This document shows positions 38,247-48,496 of a stretch of DNA of 64,000 nt, one piece after another; the first letter of the stretch is position 1; each line of letters begins with the position of its first letter. Location of the stretch: NCBI GenBank assembly GCA_044229475.1, contig JBGASW010000002.1:743517-807516 (forward strand). The letters are read 5' to 3'. Source of the DNA: Thermoanaerobaculia bacterium. Lineage in GTDB: Bacteria; Acidobacteriota; Thermoanaerobaculia; UBA5066. Below the pieces are notes generated by a model that searched no databases, was not told where the DNA came from, and worked only from the letters and a program-made list of their open reading frames with translations. The translations under genes and the position numbers were made by a program.

Positions 38247-39587
38247 TCATCCCTCGGCCGCGGCGACGCGGCCCGAAAAGAGCGCAAGCTGGTCCGTGTT
38301 CGCGTCGTACTCGAAGACCTGGATCGCGCGGCCCCAGTTCACCATCGTCTCGAAGAGCTCGGAAGCGCTGACGGTCGGGAGGCTCGCCGCGAGCGTGTCG
38401 CGCAGGGTTTCGCCCGGCACCGGGGTGTCCGGATCGCGGGCGAGCTCGCGCACGAGGAGGCAGAAAGTGCCCAGGGACAGGATCTGCGGCCTGAGGAGCG
38501 GAATCTTCGCGTCGAGCGGCGCCGCGACGACCCTCCTTCCCAGATCGGTGAGAAGAACGTCGTTCTTCGGGGTGTCGACGAGGTCGAGCAGCTCGGCGGC
38601 CTTCACGACCGTGAGCGTCCGGCCGAAGTCGTATTCCGTGAGCGCGTCCACGGCGAAGATGTTCATCGTTCCGCCGTTGTCCGCGAGGATCTCGAGAAGG
38701 CCGAGGATCTCGCCCATGCGGGCAGGCGGCAACGGGATGAGCGGCGTCTCGACCCGGCGGCCCGGGATCCGGGCGGCGGCCTCCTCCTCCTCGGGAAGGT
38801 GGACGCCCGTCACGACGTCGTGGATGCGCTCGACCATCCGGAGGAACTCGGGGTGCCGGTACTCGCGCGGGTGCGGGAGCGTGTTGACGATCTCGCGGCG
38901 CACGGTGCCGGGATTCGTGCCGAGGACGACGATGCGATCCCCGAGGAACACGGCCTCCTCGATGAGATGCGTGATGAGAAGGACCGACGACAGGCCCGTG
39001 AGGCGCTCCGTGAAAAGCCGGTAGACCTCGGTGCGCAGGAGCTCCGCCGTCAGCACGTCGAGCGCCGAGAACGGCTCGTCCATGCAGAGGAGCTCGGGGC
39101 GGCCCACGAGGGCGCGCGCGATCCCGACGCGCTGCTTCATCCCGCCCGAGAGCTCCTTCGGAAACGCGCGCGCGTGCCCGGCGAGGCCCACCGCCGAAAG
39201 CGCCGTCTTCACGCGCTCGTCCGCGTCCCGGGCGTCCGTGGCGCGTCCCGCGACGCCGACGCGTACGTTCTCCTCGACCGTGAGCCATGGAAAGAGCGCG
39301 AAGTTCTGGAAGACCACGGCGGCGCCCGGGTGGATGCCGACGAGCGGCTTCCCGTGCTGCTCGACCGCTCCGGCCGACGGCGGGATCAGGCCGATGAGGA
39401 TGCGCAGGAGCGTCGACTTCCCGCAGCCGGACGGCCCGAGGACGGCGACGACCTCGTTCGGTCGGACCTCGAAGTCGATGGCCTTGAGGATCACGCGCGC
39501 GCGTCCCCCCTCGTCCTCGAAGATCTTGTCGACGCCCCGGGCCGAGGCGATCGGAGCTGCGGGGGCGGGGAGCGGGTTCGCGCTCAT
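38247..39587 (-). CDS. ABC transporter ATP-binding protein (NitT/TauT-like) with extra C-terminal domain
   Basis: ATG rc 39585-39587. Walker A GPSGCGKST, LSGGMKQRVGIARAL, Walker B LLCMDEPFSALD. About 190 aa C-terminal extension. Upstream part of minus ORF 38247..40910 is not coding for this gene. Confidence 0.85.
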   Translation of the reverse strand: MSANPLPAPAAPIASARGVDKIFEDEGGRARVILKAIDFEVRPNEVVAVLGPSGCGKSTLLRILIGLIPPSAGAVEQHGKPLVGIHPGAAVVFQNFALFPWLTVEENVRVGVAGRATDARDADERVKTALSAVGLAGHARAFPKELSGGMKQRVGIARALVGRPELLCMDEPFSALDVLTAELLRTEVYRLFTERLTGLSSVLLITHLIEEAVFLGDRIVVLGTNPGTVRREIVNTLPHPREYRHPEFLRMVERIHDVVTGVHLPEEEEAAARIPGRRVETPLIPLPPARMGEILGLLEILADNGGTMNIFAVDALTEYDFGRTLTVVKAAELLDLVDTPKNDVLLTDLGRRVVAAPLDAKIPLLRPQILSLGTFCLLVRELARDPDTPVPGETLRDTLAASLPTVSASELFETMVNWGRAIQVFEYDANTDQLALFSGRVAAAEG

Positions 39588-41257
39588 CGGTTGAGAGCGT
39601 ACTTCGTCTCGGCCAGGCGCGAGAGGCGGCGCCAGACCGTTCGGTTGATGAGGACGAGCGCGAAGGACATCGTGAGCACTCCGGCCGCGAGGAGCGGGAA
39701 GTTCGCCTCCCGGGTGGCCTTCGTGATGAGGGACCCGAGGCCGAACGTCTCGAGCGTCCGGCCGCCCGAGACCAGCGTCTCCGCGACGATGGACGCGTTC
39801 CAGGCGCCTCCGGCCGCGGTCACGAGGCCCGTCACGAGGTACGGGAAGACGGCCGGAAGGAACAGCGTCCTCCACCGGGCGCCTCCGGCCACGCCGAAGA
39901 CGTCGGCCGCCTCGACGAGGTCCGGCGGCACCGCGCTCGCGCCCGCGAGGACGTTGAAGAGGACGTACCACTGCGCGCCGAGGAACATGAGAACGGCCGC
40001 GATCACGGCGAACGGCACGTGGAGCGCGAGAAGCGCGCCCGTGACGATCGGGAACAGCATGGGCGCCGGGAACGAGGCGACGATCTGGACGATCGGCTGG
40101 AGGCGCCGCGACCAGGCCGGCGAACGGCCGACGAGGATCCCGACCGGGAGGGTCCAGGCGACGGCGAGGGCGAGCGCGCCGAGCGTCCTCAGGAACGTCG
40201 CGCCGAGAGCGGCCACGAGGAGGAGCCAGTCGTGCGGCGTCACGGCGGAGAGGAGGCGCACGAGCTTCCACGCGCCCAGGAGGGCCGCGGCGGCCGCGCC
40301 GACCCCGAGGACGAAGAGGAGCGCGGCGCGCAGGCGCGCCCCCGCATCGGCGATTCCGGGGACGCTTTCCGGCGGCCGGGCGAGCGGGGCAGCGGGCGCC
40401 TTCGGGCGCCGCCGGCGCCTGAGGCGCATGCGGCGGAGGACGGCGGAGCGCCGGAGGAGATCGAGCACCCAGGAGCGGGCCTCGGAAGCGCCCGACACCT
40501 CCGCCGCGCGGAAGCGCTGGGACCACGCGACGAGAGGGCGCCAGAGCAGCTGGTCCACCGCGACGATCATGACGACCATCGCGAGGACGGCCCAGGCCAT
40601 CGCGGCCTTGTCGCCCTTCTCGATCGCGACGGCCATGTAAGAGCCCACACCGGGCAGCCGGAAGTCGCGGTCGCCCAGCGTGAACGCCTCGTTCACCGTG
40701 AGGAAGAACCATCCGCCCGCCATCGACATCATCGAGTTCCACACCAGGCCGATGACGGACGACGAGACCTCGACCGTCCGGAAGCGCTTCCAGAAGGAGA
40801 AGCGGTTCAGGCGCGCGACCTCGTTGAGCTCGTTCGGGATCGAGCGCAGCGACGCGATGTAGGAGAAGGTCATGTTCCAGACCTGCCCCGTGAAGATCAT
40901 GACGATGCACGCGAGCTCGAGGCCCACGTTCGTCCGCGGGAAGAGGGCGACCATCCCGAGGACGAGCCCCGGCAGGAAGCCGAGAACGGGGATGCCCTGT
41001 CCGATGTCGAGCAGCGGGATGAGGACTCTCTCGGCGCGTTTCCCGTGGGCCGCGATGGTCCCGTAGACGAGGGTGAAGACGAGGGAGAGCAGGTACGCCG
41101 CGAAGCCGCGCGAGAGCGAGAGCAGCGTGTACCCGGGCAGGGCCGACGGCGAGAGGTCGATCTCGACCGTCGGCCGGATCGGGGCCTCCCAGCGCTGGGC
41201 GAGCGCGACGATGCCGGCGACGAGCGCTCCGACGGCAATGAGGATCAGGACGTCCAC
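39584..41257 (-). CDS. ABC transporter permease, duplicated/fused transmembrane domains
   Basis: 557 aa. Two binding-protein-dependent permease-like halves. ATGA overlap with the ATPase gene. Confidence 0.8.
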   Translation of the reverse strand: MDVLILIAVGALVAGIVALAQRWEAPIRPTVEIDLSPSALPGYTLLSLSRGFAAYLLSLVFTLVYGTIAAHGKRAERVLIPLLDIGQGIPVLGFLPGLVLGMVALFPRTNVGLELACIVMIFTGQVWNMTFSYIASLRSIPNELNEVARLNRFSFWKRFRTVEVSSSVIGLVWNSMMSMAGGWFFLTVNEAFTLGDRDFRLPGVGSYMAVAIEKGDKAAMAWAVLAMVVMIVAVDQLLWRPLVAWSQRFRAAEVSGASEARSWVLDLLRRSAVLRRMRLRRRRRPKAPAAPLARPPESVPGIADAGARLRAALLFVLGVGAAAAALLGAWKLVRLLSAVTPHDWLLLVAALGATFLRTLGALALAVAWTLPVGILVGRSPAWSRRLQPIVQIVASFPAPMLFPIVTGALLALHVPFAVIAAVLMFLGAQWYVLFNVLAGASAVPPDLVEAADVFGVAGGARWRTLFLPAVFPYLVTGLVTAAGGAWNASIVAETLVSGGRTLETFGLGSLITKATREANFPLLAAGVLTMSFALVLINRTVWRRLSRLAETKYALNR

Positions 41258-41301
41258 GGCCGCGCCCGGGGTTCGGGCGGCAGGCTTGCGGACCCTGAAG
41301 G

Positions 41302-43080
41302 TCAGGAGCGCGGTCTCCGCGTGAGCGTCAGGCTGCGGCCTCCGGTTTCACCCAGCGGGTCCGCCATCGGGAGCTCCGGCTCCGGGAATCCGATGTGCCA
41401 GCCCTGCGCCCGGTCCACGCCGAGCTCGGGCAGGATCTCCATGACGTCTTCGGACTCGACGCCCTCGGCGACGGTCTTGACGCCGAGGCCGCGGCAGATG
41501 CCCGCCATTCCGCGGACGAACACGCGGTTCGCCTTTTCCCGCGGGAGGTCCCGAACGTAGCTGATGTCGAGCTTGAGGGAGGAGACGGGCAGCTCGCGGA
41601 GATAGCGGAACGACGAGAAGCCCATCCCGAAATCGTCCAGCGCGAAGTGGAAGCCCTCGGACGTGAGCGCGTGGGTGAAGTCCCGCACGCGGTCGAAGTC
41701 GCGCAGCGCGGCCGTCTCCGTGATCTCGAACGTGACCCGCTCGGGCCGGATACCCTTGGCGCGCGCGAGGCGCGAGATGTCCGCGACGAGCGTGTCGTCG
41801 TCGAAGTCGAGGCCCGAGAGGTTGATGCCGATCTCGAGCTCGGGGCTGATCCGCTTGCGCGCGGTCGCGAGGGCGTCGAAGGCGGCCGCGATCACGGCTC
41901 GGTCGATCGCCGTGATGATCCCGAACCGCTCGGCGGCGCCGAGGAACTCTCCGGGCAGGGCGATCCGGCCGTCCGGCTCGCGCATCCTGACGAGCGTTTC
42001 GACGGCGACGATGCGGCCGGTGCCGACCTCGGCGACGGGCTGGAAGTAGGGGACGAAACGGGACTCGGCGAGCGCGGCGCGGATGCGGTTCGACTGCTCG
42101 CGCAGGCGGCCCGTGCGGTCGCGCTCGCGGTCCGAGGGGTCGTGGAGCCGCACGCGCGCGCCGCCACGGCGCTTGGCCTGGTGCATAGCGAGGTCGGCCG
42201 CGAGGAAGAGGTCGGCCGCGCCCCCGGCGTGGTCGGGGAACACGGCGACGCCCGCGCTCGCCGTGAGCGACAGCGCGTTGCCCTCCCAGTCGGGCGTGAG
42301 CTTACGGATGATGGAGACGACCGCTTCGGCGCGCACGGTCGCCTCCGACGCGCCCGTTCCCGGCATGAGCATTGCGACCTCGTCGCCTCCGACGCGCCCG
42401 CACATCTCGCCGGGCAGCAGCGACGGCCGGAGCGTGTTCGCCATCGCGCGCAGGTACTCGTCCCCCGCGAGGAGCCCGTGGGTGTCGTTCAGCGTCTTGA
42501 AGTTGTCGAGGCCCAGGATGATGAGCGCGAGCGGGCGGGCGAAGAGGTCGGCGCGCGCGATCTCGCGCTCGAGCTCGAAGTGGAACTGCTCGCGGTTCGC
42601 GAATCCCGTGAGGGCGTCGGCGGGCTCCGCGACGGTCTCGGCGGCATCGCCCCGGGTCCCGGCCGCCGCGCCCGTGACGTCCCGCGCCGACGCGATGAAG
42701 CCGCCCTCGCCCGCCTGCGGGGCGAAGCACGTGGAGATCCAGTACACGCGTTCGCCGACGTCGATGCCGGCCGGGAGGCGCACCTCGAAGTTCTTCACGC
42801 TGCCCGAGGCCGCGGCCTCGAGGAACCTCGTACGGCCTTCCGGGTCCCTCCAGAACGGACCCGCGGACTCGGGCGGGCCGTCGACGCTGCCGGGGCTCGG
42901 CACGCCCTCCGCCAGGGCCACGACGTTCGCGAGCAGGACCTGCCCGTCGCGGTCGATTAGGACGGTCGCGTCGGGGGAGTCGACGAGGAGAGTCGCCGGC
43001 CGTCGGATCACGCCGGAGGCCTTGCGCCCTTCGCGCAACTTGATCGGCTGCGTGTCGGTCTGCGACTTCGGTTTCTGCAA
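41302..43080 (-). CDS. PAS-GGDEF-EAL signalling protein (c-di-GMP turnover)
   Basis: TTG start with GGGAAGGA RBS. GGDEF-type core RVGGDEVAML. EAL core FQPV...EITE...DDFGMGFSS...KLD. Confidence 0.9.
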   Translation of the reverse strand: MQKPKSQTDTQPIKLREGRKASGVIRRPATLLVDSPDATVLIDRDGQVLLANVVALAEGVPSPGSVDGPPESAGPFWRDPEGRTRFLEAAASGSVKNFEVRLPAGIDVGERVYWISTCFAPQAGEGGFIASARDVTGAAAGTRGDAAETVAEPADALTGFANREQFHFELEREIARADLFARPLALIILGLDNFKTLNDTHGLLAGDEYLRAMANTLRPSLLPGEMCGRVGGDEVAMLMPGTGASEATVRAEAVVSIIRKLTPDWEGNALSLTASAGVAVFPDHAGGAADLFLAADLAMHQAKRRGGARVRLHDPSDRERDRTGRLREQSNRIRAALAESRFVPYFQPVAEVGTGRIVAVETLVRMREPDGRIALPGEFLGAAERFGIITAIDRAVIAAAFDALATARKRISPELEIGINLSGLDFDDDTLVADISRLARAKGIRPERVTFEITETAALRDFDRVRDFTHALTSEGFHFALDDFGMGFSSFRYLRELPVSSLKLDISYVRDLPREKANRVFVRGMAGICRGLGVKTVAEGVESEDVMEILPELGVDRAQGWHIGFPEPELPMADPLGETGGRSLTLTRRPRS

Positions 43081-43115
43081 CGGGGTCCTTCCCGAGGGCT
43101 GGCCTTGACTCCCGA

Positions 43116-43628
43116 TTATCGCCCCAGAGCCTCCAGGGCGTCACCCGTGAGGCGGTACGTTCGCCATCCGTCCATCGAAACGGCCCCCAGAGCCTTGTAG
43201 AAGCCGATCGCGGGCTCGTTCCATGTCAGGACGCTCCACTCCATTCGCCCGCATCCCCGCTCGACGGCGATCCGCGCGAGGCGCTCGAGAAGGGCCTTGC
43301 CGGCGCCGAGCCCCCGGCGCTCGGGTTTCACGTAGAGGTCCTCGAGGTAGAGGCCGGGGCGCGTGAGCCACGTCGAGTAGTTGTGGAAGAAAAGCGCGAA
43401 GCCGATGAGCTCGCCTCCGGTCTCGGCGACGATCGCCTCGGCGTAGGGCCTGGGACCGAACAGGTGCTTCTCGAGAAGCGCCGGGTCCGCGTGGCAGTCC
43501 TCCGGCTGGCGCTCGTAGAGGGCGAGGTCCTGGATGAGTCCGACGATCGCGGGAACGTCCTCTCGGAGCGCCTCGCGCAGGATGAAAGCCGGTGCGTTCA
43601 TGCGATCCCCCGTGTGCATTCCGCTCAT
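43116..43628 (-). CDS. GNAT-family N-acetyltransferase
   Basis: Acetyl-CoA motif RRGLGAGKALLERLARIA. 35 bp upstream of the GGDEF-EAL gene on the same strand. Confidence 0.85.
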   Translation of the reverse strand: MSGMHTGDRMNAPAFILREALREDVPAIVGLIQDLALYERQPEDCHADPALLEKHLFGPRPYAEAIVAETGGELIGFALFFHNYSTWLTRPGLYLEDLYVKPERRGLGAGKALLERLARIAVERGCGRMEWSVLTWNEPAIGFYKALGAVSMDGWRTYRLTGDALEALGR

Positions 43629-43656
43629 GTTACGAGGGAGGTGCTAAAACCGCTGC

Positions 43657-44241
43657 GTGGCGGCGAGCGGTTCCTTCTACGGGCTCCTGACGCGGCGGGT
43701 GGGCGAGGCCCGCCTTGCGGCCGCGCTCCCGCACCTGCCGAGGGGCGGCGGCGGCAGAGTCCTGGACGTGGGCTGCGGCCTGACGGATCTCGCGGCGCGG
43801 ATCCCCGACTACACCGGCGCAGACCGCAATCCCGACGTGCTCGCCGAACAGAGAGGGAGATTTCCGAAGAGAGATTTCTATGAATGGGACATCGTTCGGG
43901 GCGCGGCTCCGGCGGCGCTCTCGGCGAAAGCACCATTCGGGGGAATTCTTCTTCTGGCCGTCCTCGAACACGTTCAGGAACCCGCTTCGGTGCTCGGACG
44001 TCTCGCGCCGCTTCTCGCGCCCGGAGGCCGGTTGATCGCGACGACGCCTCATCCGAGCGGCCGCTGGCCGCTGGAGGCGGGCGCGGCGCTCGGCCTGCTC
44101 TCCTCCCACGCCCATGACGAGCACGAGACGCTCCTCGGCCGCGAGTCCCTGGAATCGGCGGGCCGCGCTTCGGGGCTGTCTCTCGTTCTCTACCGGAGGT
44201 TCCTCCTCGGCATGAACCAGCTCGCGGTCTACACACGGTGA
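43657..44241 (+). CDS. Class I SAM-dependent methyltransferase
   Basis: GTG start. Motif I VLDVGCGLTDLA. Post-I acidic region. LLLAVLEHV. Confidence 0.7.
   Translation: MAASGSFYGLLTRRVGEARLAAALPHLPRGGGGRVLDVGCGLTDLAARIPDYTGADRNPDVLAEQRGRFPKRDFYEWDIVRGAAPAALSAKAPFGGILLLAVLEHVQEPASVLGRLAPLLAPGGRLIATTPHPSGRWPLEAGAALGLLSSHAHDEHETLLGRESLESAGRASGLSLVLYRRFLLGMNQLAVYTR
43855..43951. repeat. Tandem forward copies (GGGAGATTTCCGAAGAG 43855-43871; GAGATTTCTATGAATGG 43871-43887) plus reverse copy CCATTCGGGGGAATTCTTC 43933-43951 in methyltransferase gene
   Basis: Encodes RGRFPKRDFYEWD and KAPFGGILL. Confidence 0.55.
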
Positions 44242-47200
44242 CGGCCGGCCCCCGCCTCGTCCGCCGCGGCGCGGACGCGATCCATGTCGTGAACGCCCGC
44301 ACGCACAACCTCAGGGACGTCACGTGCACGATCCCCGTGGGGGCGCTCACCGTCGTGACGGGCCCTTCGGGTTCCGGCAAGTCTTCGCTCGCGTTCGACA
44401 CGCTCTACGCCGAGGGCCAGCGTCGCTTCGTCGAGTCCATGTCCACGTACGCGCGCCAGTACCTCGAGCGGCTCGAACGTCCGGACGTGGACGAGATCAC
44501 GCACGTCCTCCCGGCGATCGCGATCGAGCAGAGGGCGCCCGCGCGCTCGGCGCGCTCGACGATCGGGTCGGCCACCGAGATCCACGACGTCCTGCGCCTC
44601 CTCTTCTCGGCCGCGGGCACGCTGCGCTGCCCGGACGACGGCAGCCCCGTGCGCCGCGAGACGGCCGAGAGCGTCCGGGCGGCTCTTCTCGAAGAGTTCG
44701 GCGAGGGCGCGCGCCTCCTCGTCGTCGCGCCTCGCAGAGTGACGTCGTTCGCGGCGGAGAGCGCGGAGTGGAGGAGGCTTGGCTTCTACCGGTACGTCGG
44801 AGCTGCGGGCGACGTTCTGGAAATAGAAGAGAAGATTTCTTCGAGTGAAAGAGAGAGGGAGAGCAGCTCGCCGCCCCGCAGGGCCGTAGCGCGTTCGAGC
44901 GCGGCGCGTCGTCCCTCTTCACCCTTCAAAGAGATCCCCTCTTCCTCCCTCTTCCCTCTGCTCATCGGCCGCCACGTACTGCGGGCTGACGATCCGGAAA
45001 TCCTCTCTTCACTTTCAACGGCCTTCGACGCCGCAGACGGATCGCTTCTCGTCTTGAAGTCCGGAGAGGGTCTTTCCTCCGCCCGCACGTTCCGCCGCGG
45101 CCTGTCGTGCAACGCGTGCGGCCGGGCGTTCGCGGACCCGGTGCCCGCGCTCTTCTCGTTCAACTCGCCGCGCGGGGCCTGCGAGACGTGCCAGGGGTTC
45201 GGGCGGATCGTCGGCATCGACGCGGCGCGCGTCATTCCCGACCCGCGCAAGACGCTGCGCGAGCGTCCGATCGCACCGTTCAACTCGCCCTCGTACGAGA
45301 GCGCGTACGACGACCTCAAGGCGGCGTCGCGCCGCCTCAAGCTGCGGTGGGACGTTCCCTGGAACGAGCTGACGCAGCGGGAGAGGGACGCCGTCTGGAC
45401 GCGCTCCGGAGATTGGTACGGCGTCGAGGGCCTCTTCGAGTACCTCGAGAAGAAGCGCTACAAGGTTCAGGTTCGCGTCATGCTCGCGCGCTACCGCGGC
45501 TACTCGACGTGCCCCGAGTGCCGCGGCGCGCGGCTGAGGCCCGAGGCGCTCGCCGTGACGGTCGGCGGAAAGACGATCGCCGAGGTCTGCGACCTGACGC
45601 TCGACGGATTCGTGGCGTTTCTCGGGGCGCTCCCGCTGCGCGAAGCCGAGCGCGAGCGGGCAGCTTCCCTCGTCGAGGAGCTGGCGCGGCGCGCGGGGAC
45701 GCTCGTCGAGATCGGCCTCGGCTACCTGACGCTCGCGCGCACGATGCGCACGCTGTCGGGCGGTGAGGCTCAGCGCGTCCAGCTCGGCTCCGCGATCGGC
45801 AACGCGCTGACCGGAACGCTCTACGTCCTCGACGAGCCGACGGTGGGCCTGCATCCGCGGGACACGCGGCGGCTCCTCGCGGTCCTCGAGAGGCTCGCGG
45901 CCGCGGGCAACGCGGTCGTGGCCGTCGAGCACGACACGGACGTCATCCGTGCGGCCGACCACGTCATCGACCTCGGCCCGGGGGCCGGCGCGCTCGGCGG
46001 GCGGCTCGTCTTCGAAGGAACGCCGGAGGAGCTGACCGAGGCGGACACCGCGACGGGAAGGTCGTTGAAGAAGGAGAAAGAGATACTTCTTGCTTCGGAC
46101 GCGGCGGGATACGGGCCGACTGTGGCGACGGACGCCGTGGCTGCGGAGACGGTGGGAGCCTTCGGCACTTTCTTTGAAGGTGGAGTGAGTGCAGGCGCGC
46201 CCGAGAGGCCGGAGGGCCGCATTCGCCCCGCCGCCCATTCACCTTCTAAGGAAAACCATCGTGACGATTCGATTCGCGTGCCACTCGAATCGATACAGGT
46301 CGTGGGTGCGCGAGCAAATAATCTCCAGAACCTCTCGGTCTCGTTTCCCTTGCGGCGGCTGGTGGCGGTGTCCGGGGTGTCGGGGTCGGGGAAATCCTCC
46401 CTCGTCGTCGACGTTCTCGCCGCGGGCGCGCGGCAGCGCATGGGCAAGGGCCTCCTGCCGGGCATCGACGCGGTGGGGGAGCACGATGGCATCTTCGGGC
46501 TCGAGCACGTTTCGGACGTCATCCTCGTCGACCAGTCGCCGCCCGGGCGCTCCTCGCGCTCGAACCCGGCGACCGTGACGAAGGCTTGGGACGAGATCCG
46601 GACGCTCCTCGCCCGGACGCCCGCCGCGAAGGCGCGCGGCCTCGAGAAGGGCGCCTTCAGCTTCAACGCGGCGGGCGGGCGGTGCGAGAGGTGCGAGGGC
46701 GCCGGCGTCGTGACCGTGGACATGCAGTTCCTCGCGGACGTGACGATCGTCTGCGACGTCTGCGACGGGCGCCGCTTCAAACCGGAGGTCCTCGAGGTGC
46801 GCCTGAGGGGCCGGAACGTCGACGAACTCCTCGCGACGACCGTCGACGAGGCGCGCCTCCTCTTCGCGGACGCGCCCGCCATCGCGAGCCGCCTCCAGCC
46901 GCTCGCCGACGCGGGGCTCGGGTACCTCACGCTCGGCCAGTCGACGGCGACGCTCTCGGGCGGAGAGGCGCAGCGGCTGAAGATCGCGACGTTCCTCCGG
47001 GGGGCCGAGGCCCCGAAGGCGCCGGTCCTGTTCGTTTTCGACGAGCCGACGACCGGCCTGGCGCCGTCCGACGTCGACGTCCTCCTCGCCGTGTTCCGCC
47101 GGCTCCTCGCGGCCGGCCATTCGATCGTCGCGGTCGAGCACAACACGGCCTTTCTCGCGCGCGCCGACCACCTGATCGAGCTGGGCCCGGACGGCGGCCC

Positions 47201-47309
47201 GGACGGCGGCCGAGTCGTCTTCGAGGGCGAGCCGGCGGCGCTCGCGGCTCGCGGCGGGACGCCGACCGCCCGAGCGCTGAAAGGACGGGTACAATTTCCG
47301 CCACGGTGA
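44238..47309 (+). CDS. uvrA: Excinuclease ABC subunit A (UvrA family) with expanded low-complexity loop and inter-domain linker
   Basis: Two ABC ATPase modules ([33 protein letters not shown]; [11 protein letters not shown]), zinc modules (CNACG...CETCQG; CERCEG...CDVCDG) and signature LSGGEAQR x2. Linker about 90 aa versus about 25 aa in E. coli UvrA. Confidence 0.85.
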   Translation: MTAGPRLVRRGADAIHVVNARTHNLRDVTCTIPVGALTVVTGPSGSGKSSLAFDTLYAEGQRRFVESMSTYARQYLERLERPDVDEITHVLPAIAIEQRAPARSARSTIGSATEIHDVLRLLFSAAGTLRCPDDGSPVRRETAESVRAALLEEFGEGARLLVVAPRRVTSFAAESAEWRRLGFYRYVGAAGDVLEIEEKISSSERERESSSPPRRAVARSSAARRPSSPFKEIPSSSLFPLLIGRHVLRADDPEILSSLSTAFDAADGSLLVLKSGEGLSSARTFRRGLSCNACGRAFADPVPALFSFNSPRGACETCQGFGRIVGIDAARVIPDPRKTLRERPIAPFNSPSYESAYDDLKAASRRLKLRWDVPWNELTQRERDAVWTRSGDWYGVEGLFEYLEKKRYKVQVRVMLARYRGYSTCPECRGARLRPEALAVTVGGKTIAEVCDLTLDGFVAFLGALPLREAERERAASLVEELARRAGTLVEIGLGYLTLARTMRTLSGGEAQRVQLGSAIGNALTGTLYVLDEPTVGLHPRDTRRLLAVLERLAAAGNAVVAVEHDTDVIRAADHVIDLGPGAGALGGRLVFEGTPEELTEADTATGRSLKKEKEILLASDAAGYGPTVATDAVAAETVGAFGTFFEGGVSAGAPERPEGRIRPAAHSPSKENHRDDSIRVPLESIQVVGARANNLQNLSVSFPLRRLVAVSGVSGSGKSSLVVDVLAAGARQRMGKGLLPGIDAVGEHDGIFGLEHVSDVILVDQSPPGRSSRSNPATVTKAWDEIRTLLARTPAAKARGLEKGAFSFNAAGGRCERCEGAGVVTVDMQFLADVTIVCDVCDGRRFKPEVLEVRLRGRNVDELLATTVDEARLLFADAPAIASRLQPLADAGLGYLTLGQSTATLSGGEAQRLKIATFLRGAEAPKAPVLFVFDEPTTGLAPSDVDVLLAVFRRLLAAGHSIVAVEHNTAFLARADHLIELGPDGGPDGGRVVFEGEPAALAARGGTPTARALKGRVQFPPR
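44820..44960. repeat. TIR-like element in uvrA: left arm GAAATAGAAGAGAAGATTTCTTCGAGTGAAAGAGAGAGGGAGAG, right arm CCTCTTCACCCTTCAAAGAGATCCCCTCTTCCTCCCTCTTCC, flanking a GC-rich core
   Basis: Arms are imperfect inverted repeats of roughly 35 nt. The segment encodes Ser/Arg/Pro-rich low-complexity peptide [40 protein letters not shown]. Confidence 0.6.
46074..46256. repeat. Three motif copies in the expanded uvrA inter-domain linker (GAGAAAGAGATACTTCTTGCTTCGG 46074-46098; CACTTTCTTTGAAGGTGG 46166-46183; CCTTCTAAGGAAAAC 46243-46256)
   Basis: Encode [19 protein letters not shown] and SPSKENHRD. The linker is about 65 aa longer than in E. coli UvrA. Confidence 0.6.
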
Positions 47310-48496
47310 CGGAAGAGAAGTGGAGATACGTTCTCTCGGCCGAAGGCCGCGAGATCGAGCTTTCGGACGGAGAGGTGACGCTGGGGCGCAGCCGGACGTC
47401 CACCGTGCGGCTCGAGCACGAATCGGTTTCGCGCTCGCACGCGCTCCTGACGTTCGACCGCGGCGAGGCGGTCGTGAAGGATCTCGCGTCCTCGAACGGC
47501 ACGTTCGTGGGCGGCAAGCGGATCGCGCGCGAGACGCGCCTCGTGAACGGCGACCGCCTCCAGCTCGGCGCCGCGGTGATCGAAGTCCGGCTTCTCGCGC
47601 CGGACGCCGCGTCCGAGCGCACGGCCCTCATGGCGCCCGACCAGCTGCCCGACGCGCTTCCTCCGCGCCCGCCCTCGGGCATCACGTACGAGCCGGTCCC
47701 CGGGCTCACGAACCCGGGACTGGGGCCCGCGACGCCGCTCGGGCCGGACCCGATCTCGGCATCGGACCTTTTCCGGGCCGTGGACCGTCCGCCCGTGGCC
47801 GAGCCTTCCCTCGTCGTGGACGTCTTCCCGCCGGCGGGGGGCGCGCCCGACGAGGTCTCCACGATCGCGCCGCCAGCGATCGCGCCGAGCGCGGTCGCGC
47901 CGCCCGCGGTTGCGCCGCCGCCTCGCGAGCTGGCCGACTACTCGATTCGCGTCCACGAGGCCGAGAAGGCGGCTCGCCTTCCGCTCGGCGACAGAGCCGC
48001 GACCTTCCGGGATCGCCGCGCGCCCTCCCGGAACGAGACGGCGCGGAGCGTGGCGAACCCGTTCGCCCGCCTTCTCGCGGCGCTCGTCGACGCCGTGATT
48101 CTCGCCGCGATCAACGTGCTGCTCTTCGCGCCGGTGTTCCTGATCGACTACTTCCGCTCCGAGCTCCAGACGCACGACGCCGCACCTGACTGGGCGTTTC
48201 GCGCGATCACGGGCCTCTCGATCCTCCTCGCGCTCCTCGCGAACGTCCTCTACGTGGTCGGCGGCTGGGCGTGGCGCGGCCGCACCCCCGGCAAGTCCCT
48301 TCTCGGCCTCGCCGTCGTCAAGCGCGGCGCGCCCTCGGGCCAGGGCATCGGCTGGCCGTCCGCGTTCGTTCGCGCGATCGTCTGCCTCCTCGCGGGCCTC
48401 CCGCTGGGGCTCGGGTGGGCTTGGGCCTTCTTCGAGAAGGAGAGGCGGGCTTTCCAGGATCTCGCGGCCGGAACCTGGGTGATCAGGGTCCGTTGA
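47306..48496 (+). CDS. FHA-domain protein fused to RDD-family membrane domain
   Basis: GTGA overlap with uvrA. N-terminal FHA ([25 protein letters not shown]...[12 protein letters not shown]). C-terminal RDD-like TM region with conserved R..D..D. Confidence 0.8.
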   Translation: MTEEKWRYVLSAEGREIELSDGEVTLGRSRTSTVRLEHESVSRSHALLTFDRGEAVVKDLASSNGTFVGGKRIARETRLVNGDRLQLGAAVIEVRLLAPDAASERTALMAPDQLPDALPPRPPSGITYEPVPGLTNPGLGPATPLGPDPISASDLFRAVDRPPVAEPSLVVDVFPPAGGAPDEVSTIAPPAIAPSAVAPPAVAPPPRELADYSIRVHEAEKAARLPLGDRAATFRDRRAPSRNETARSVANPFARLLAALVDAVILAAINVLLFAPVFLIDYFRSELQTHDAAPDWAFRAITGLSILLALLANVLYVVGGWAWRGRTPGKSLLGLAVVKRGAPSGQGIGWPSAFVRAIVCLLAGLPLGLGWAWAFFEKERRAFQDLAAGTWVIRVR

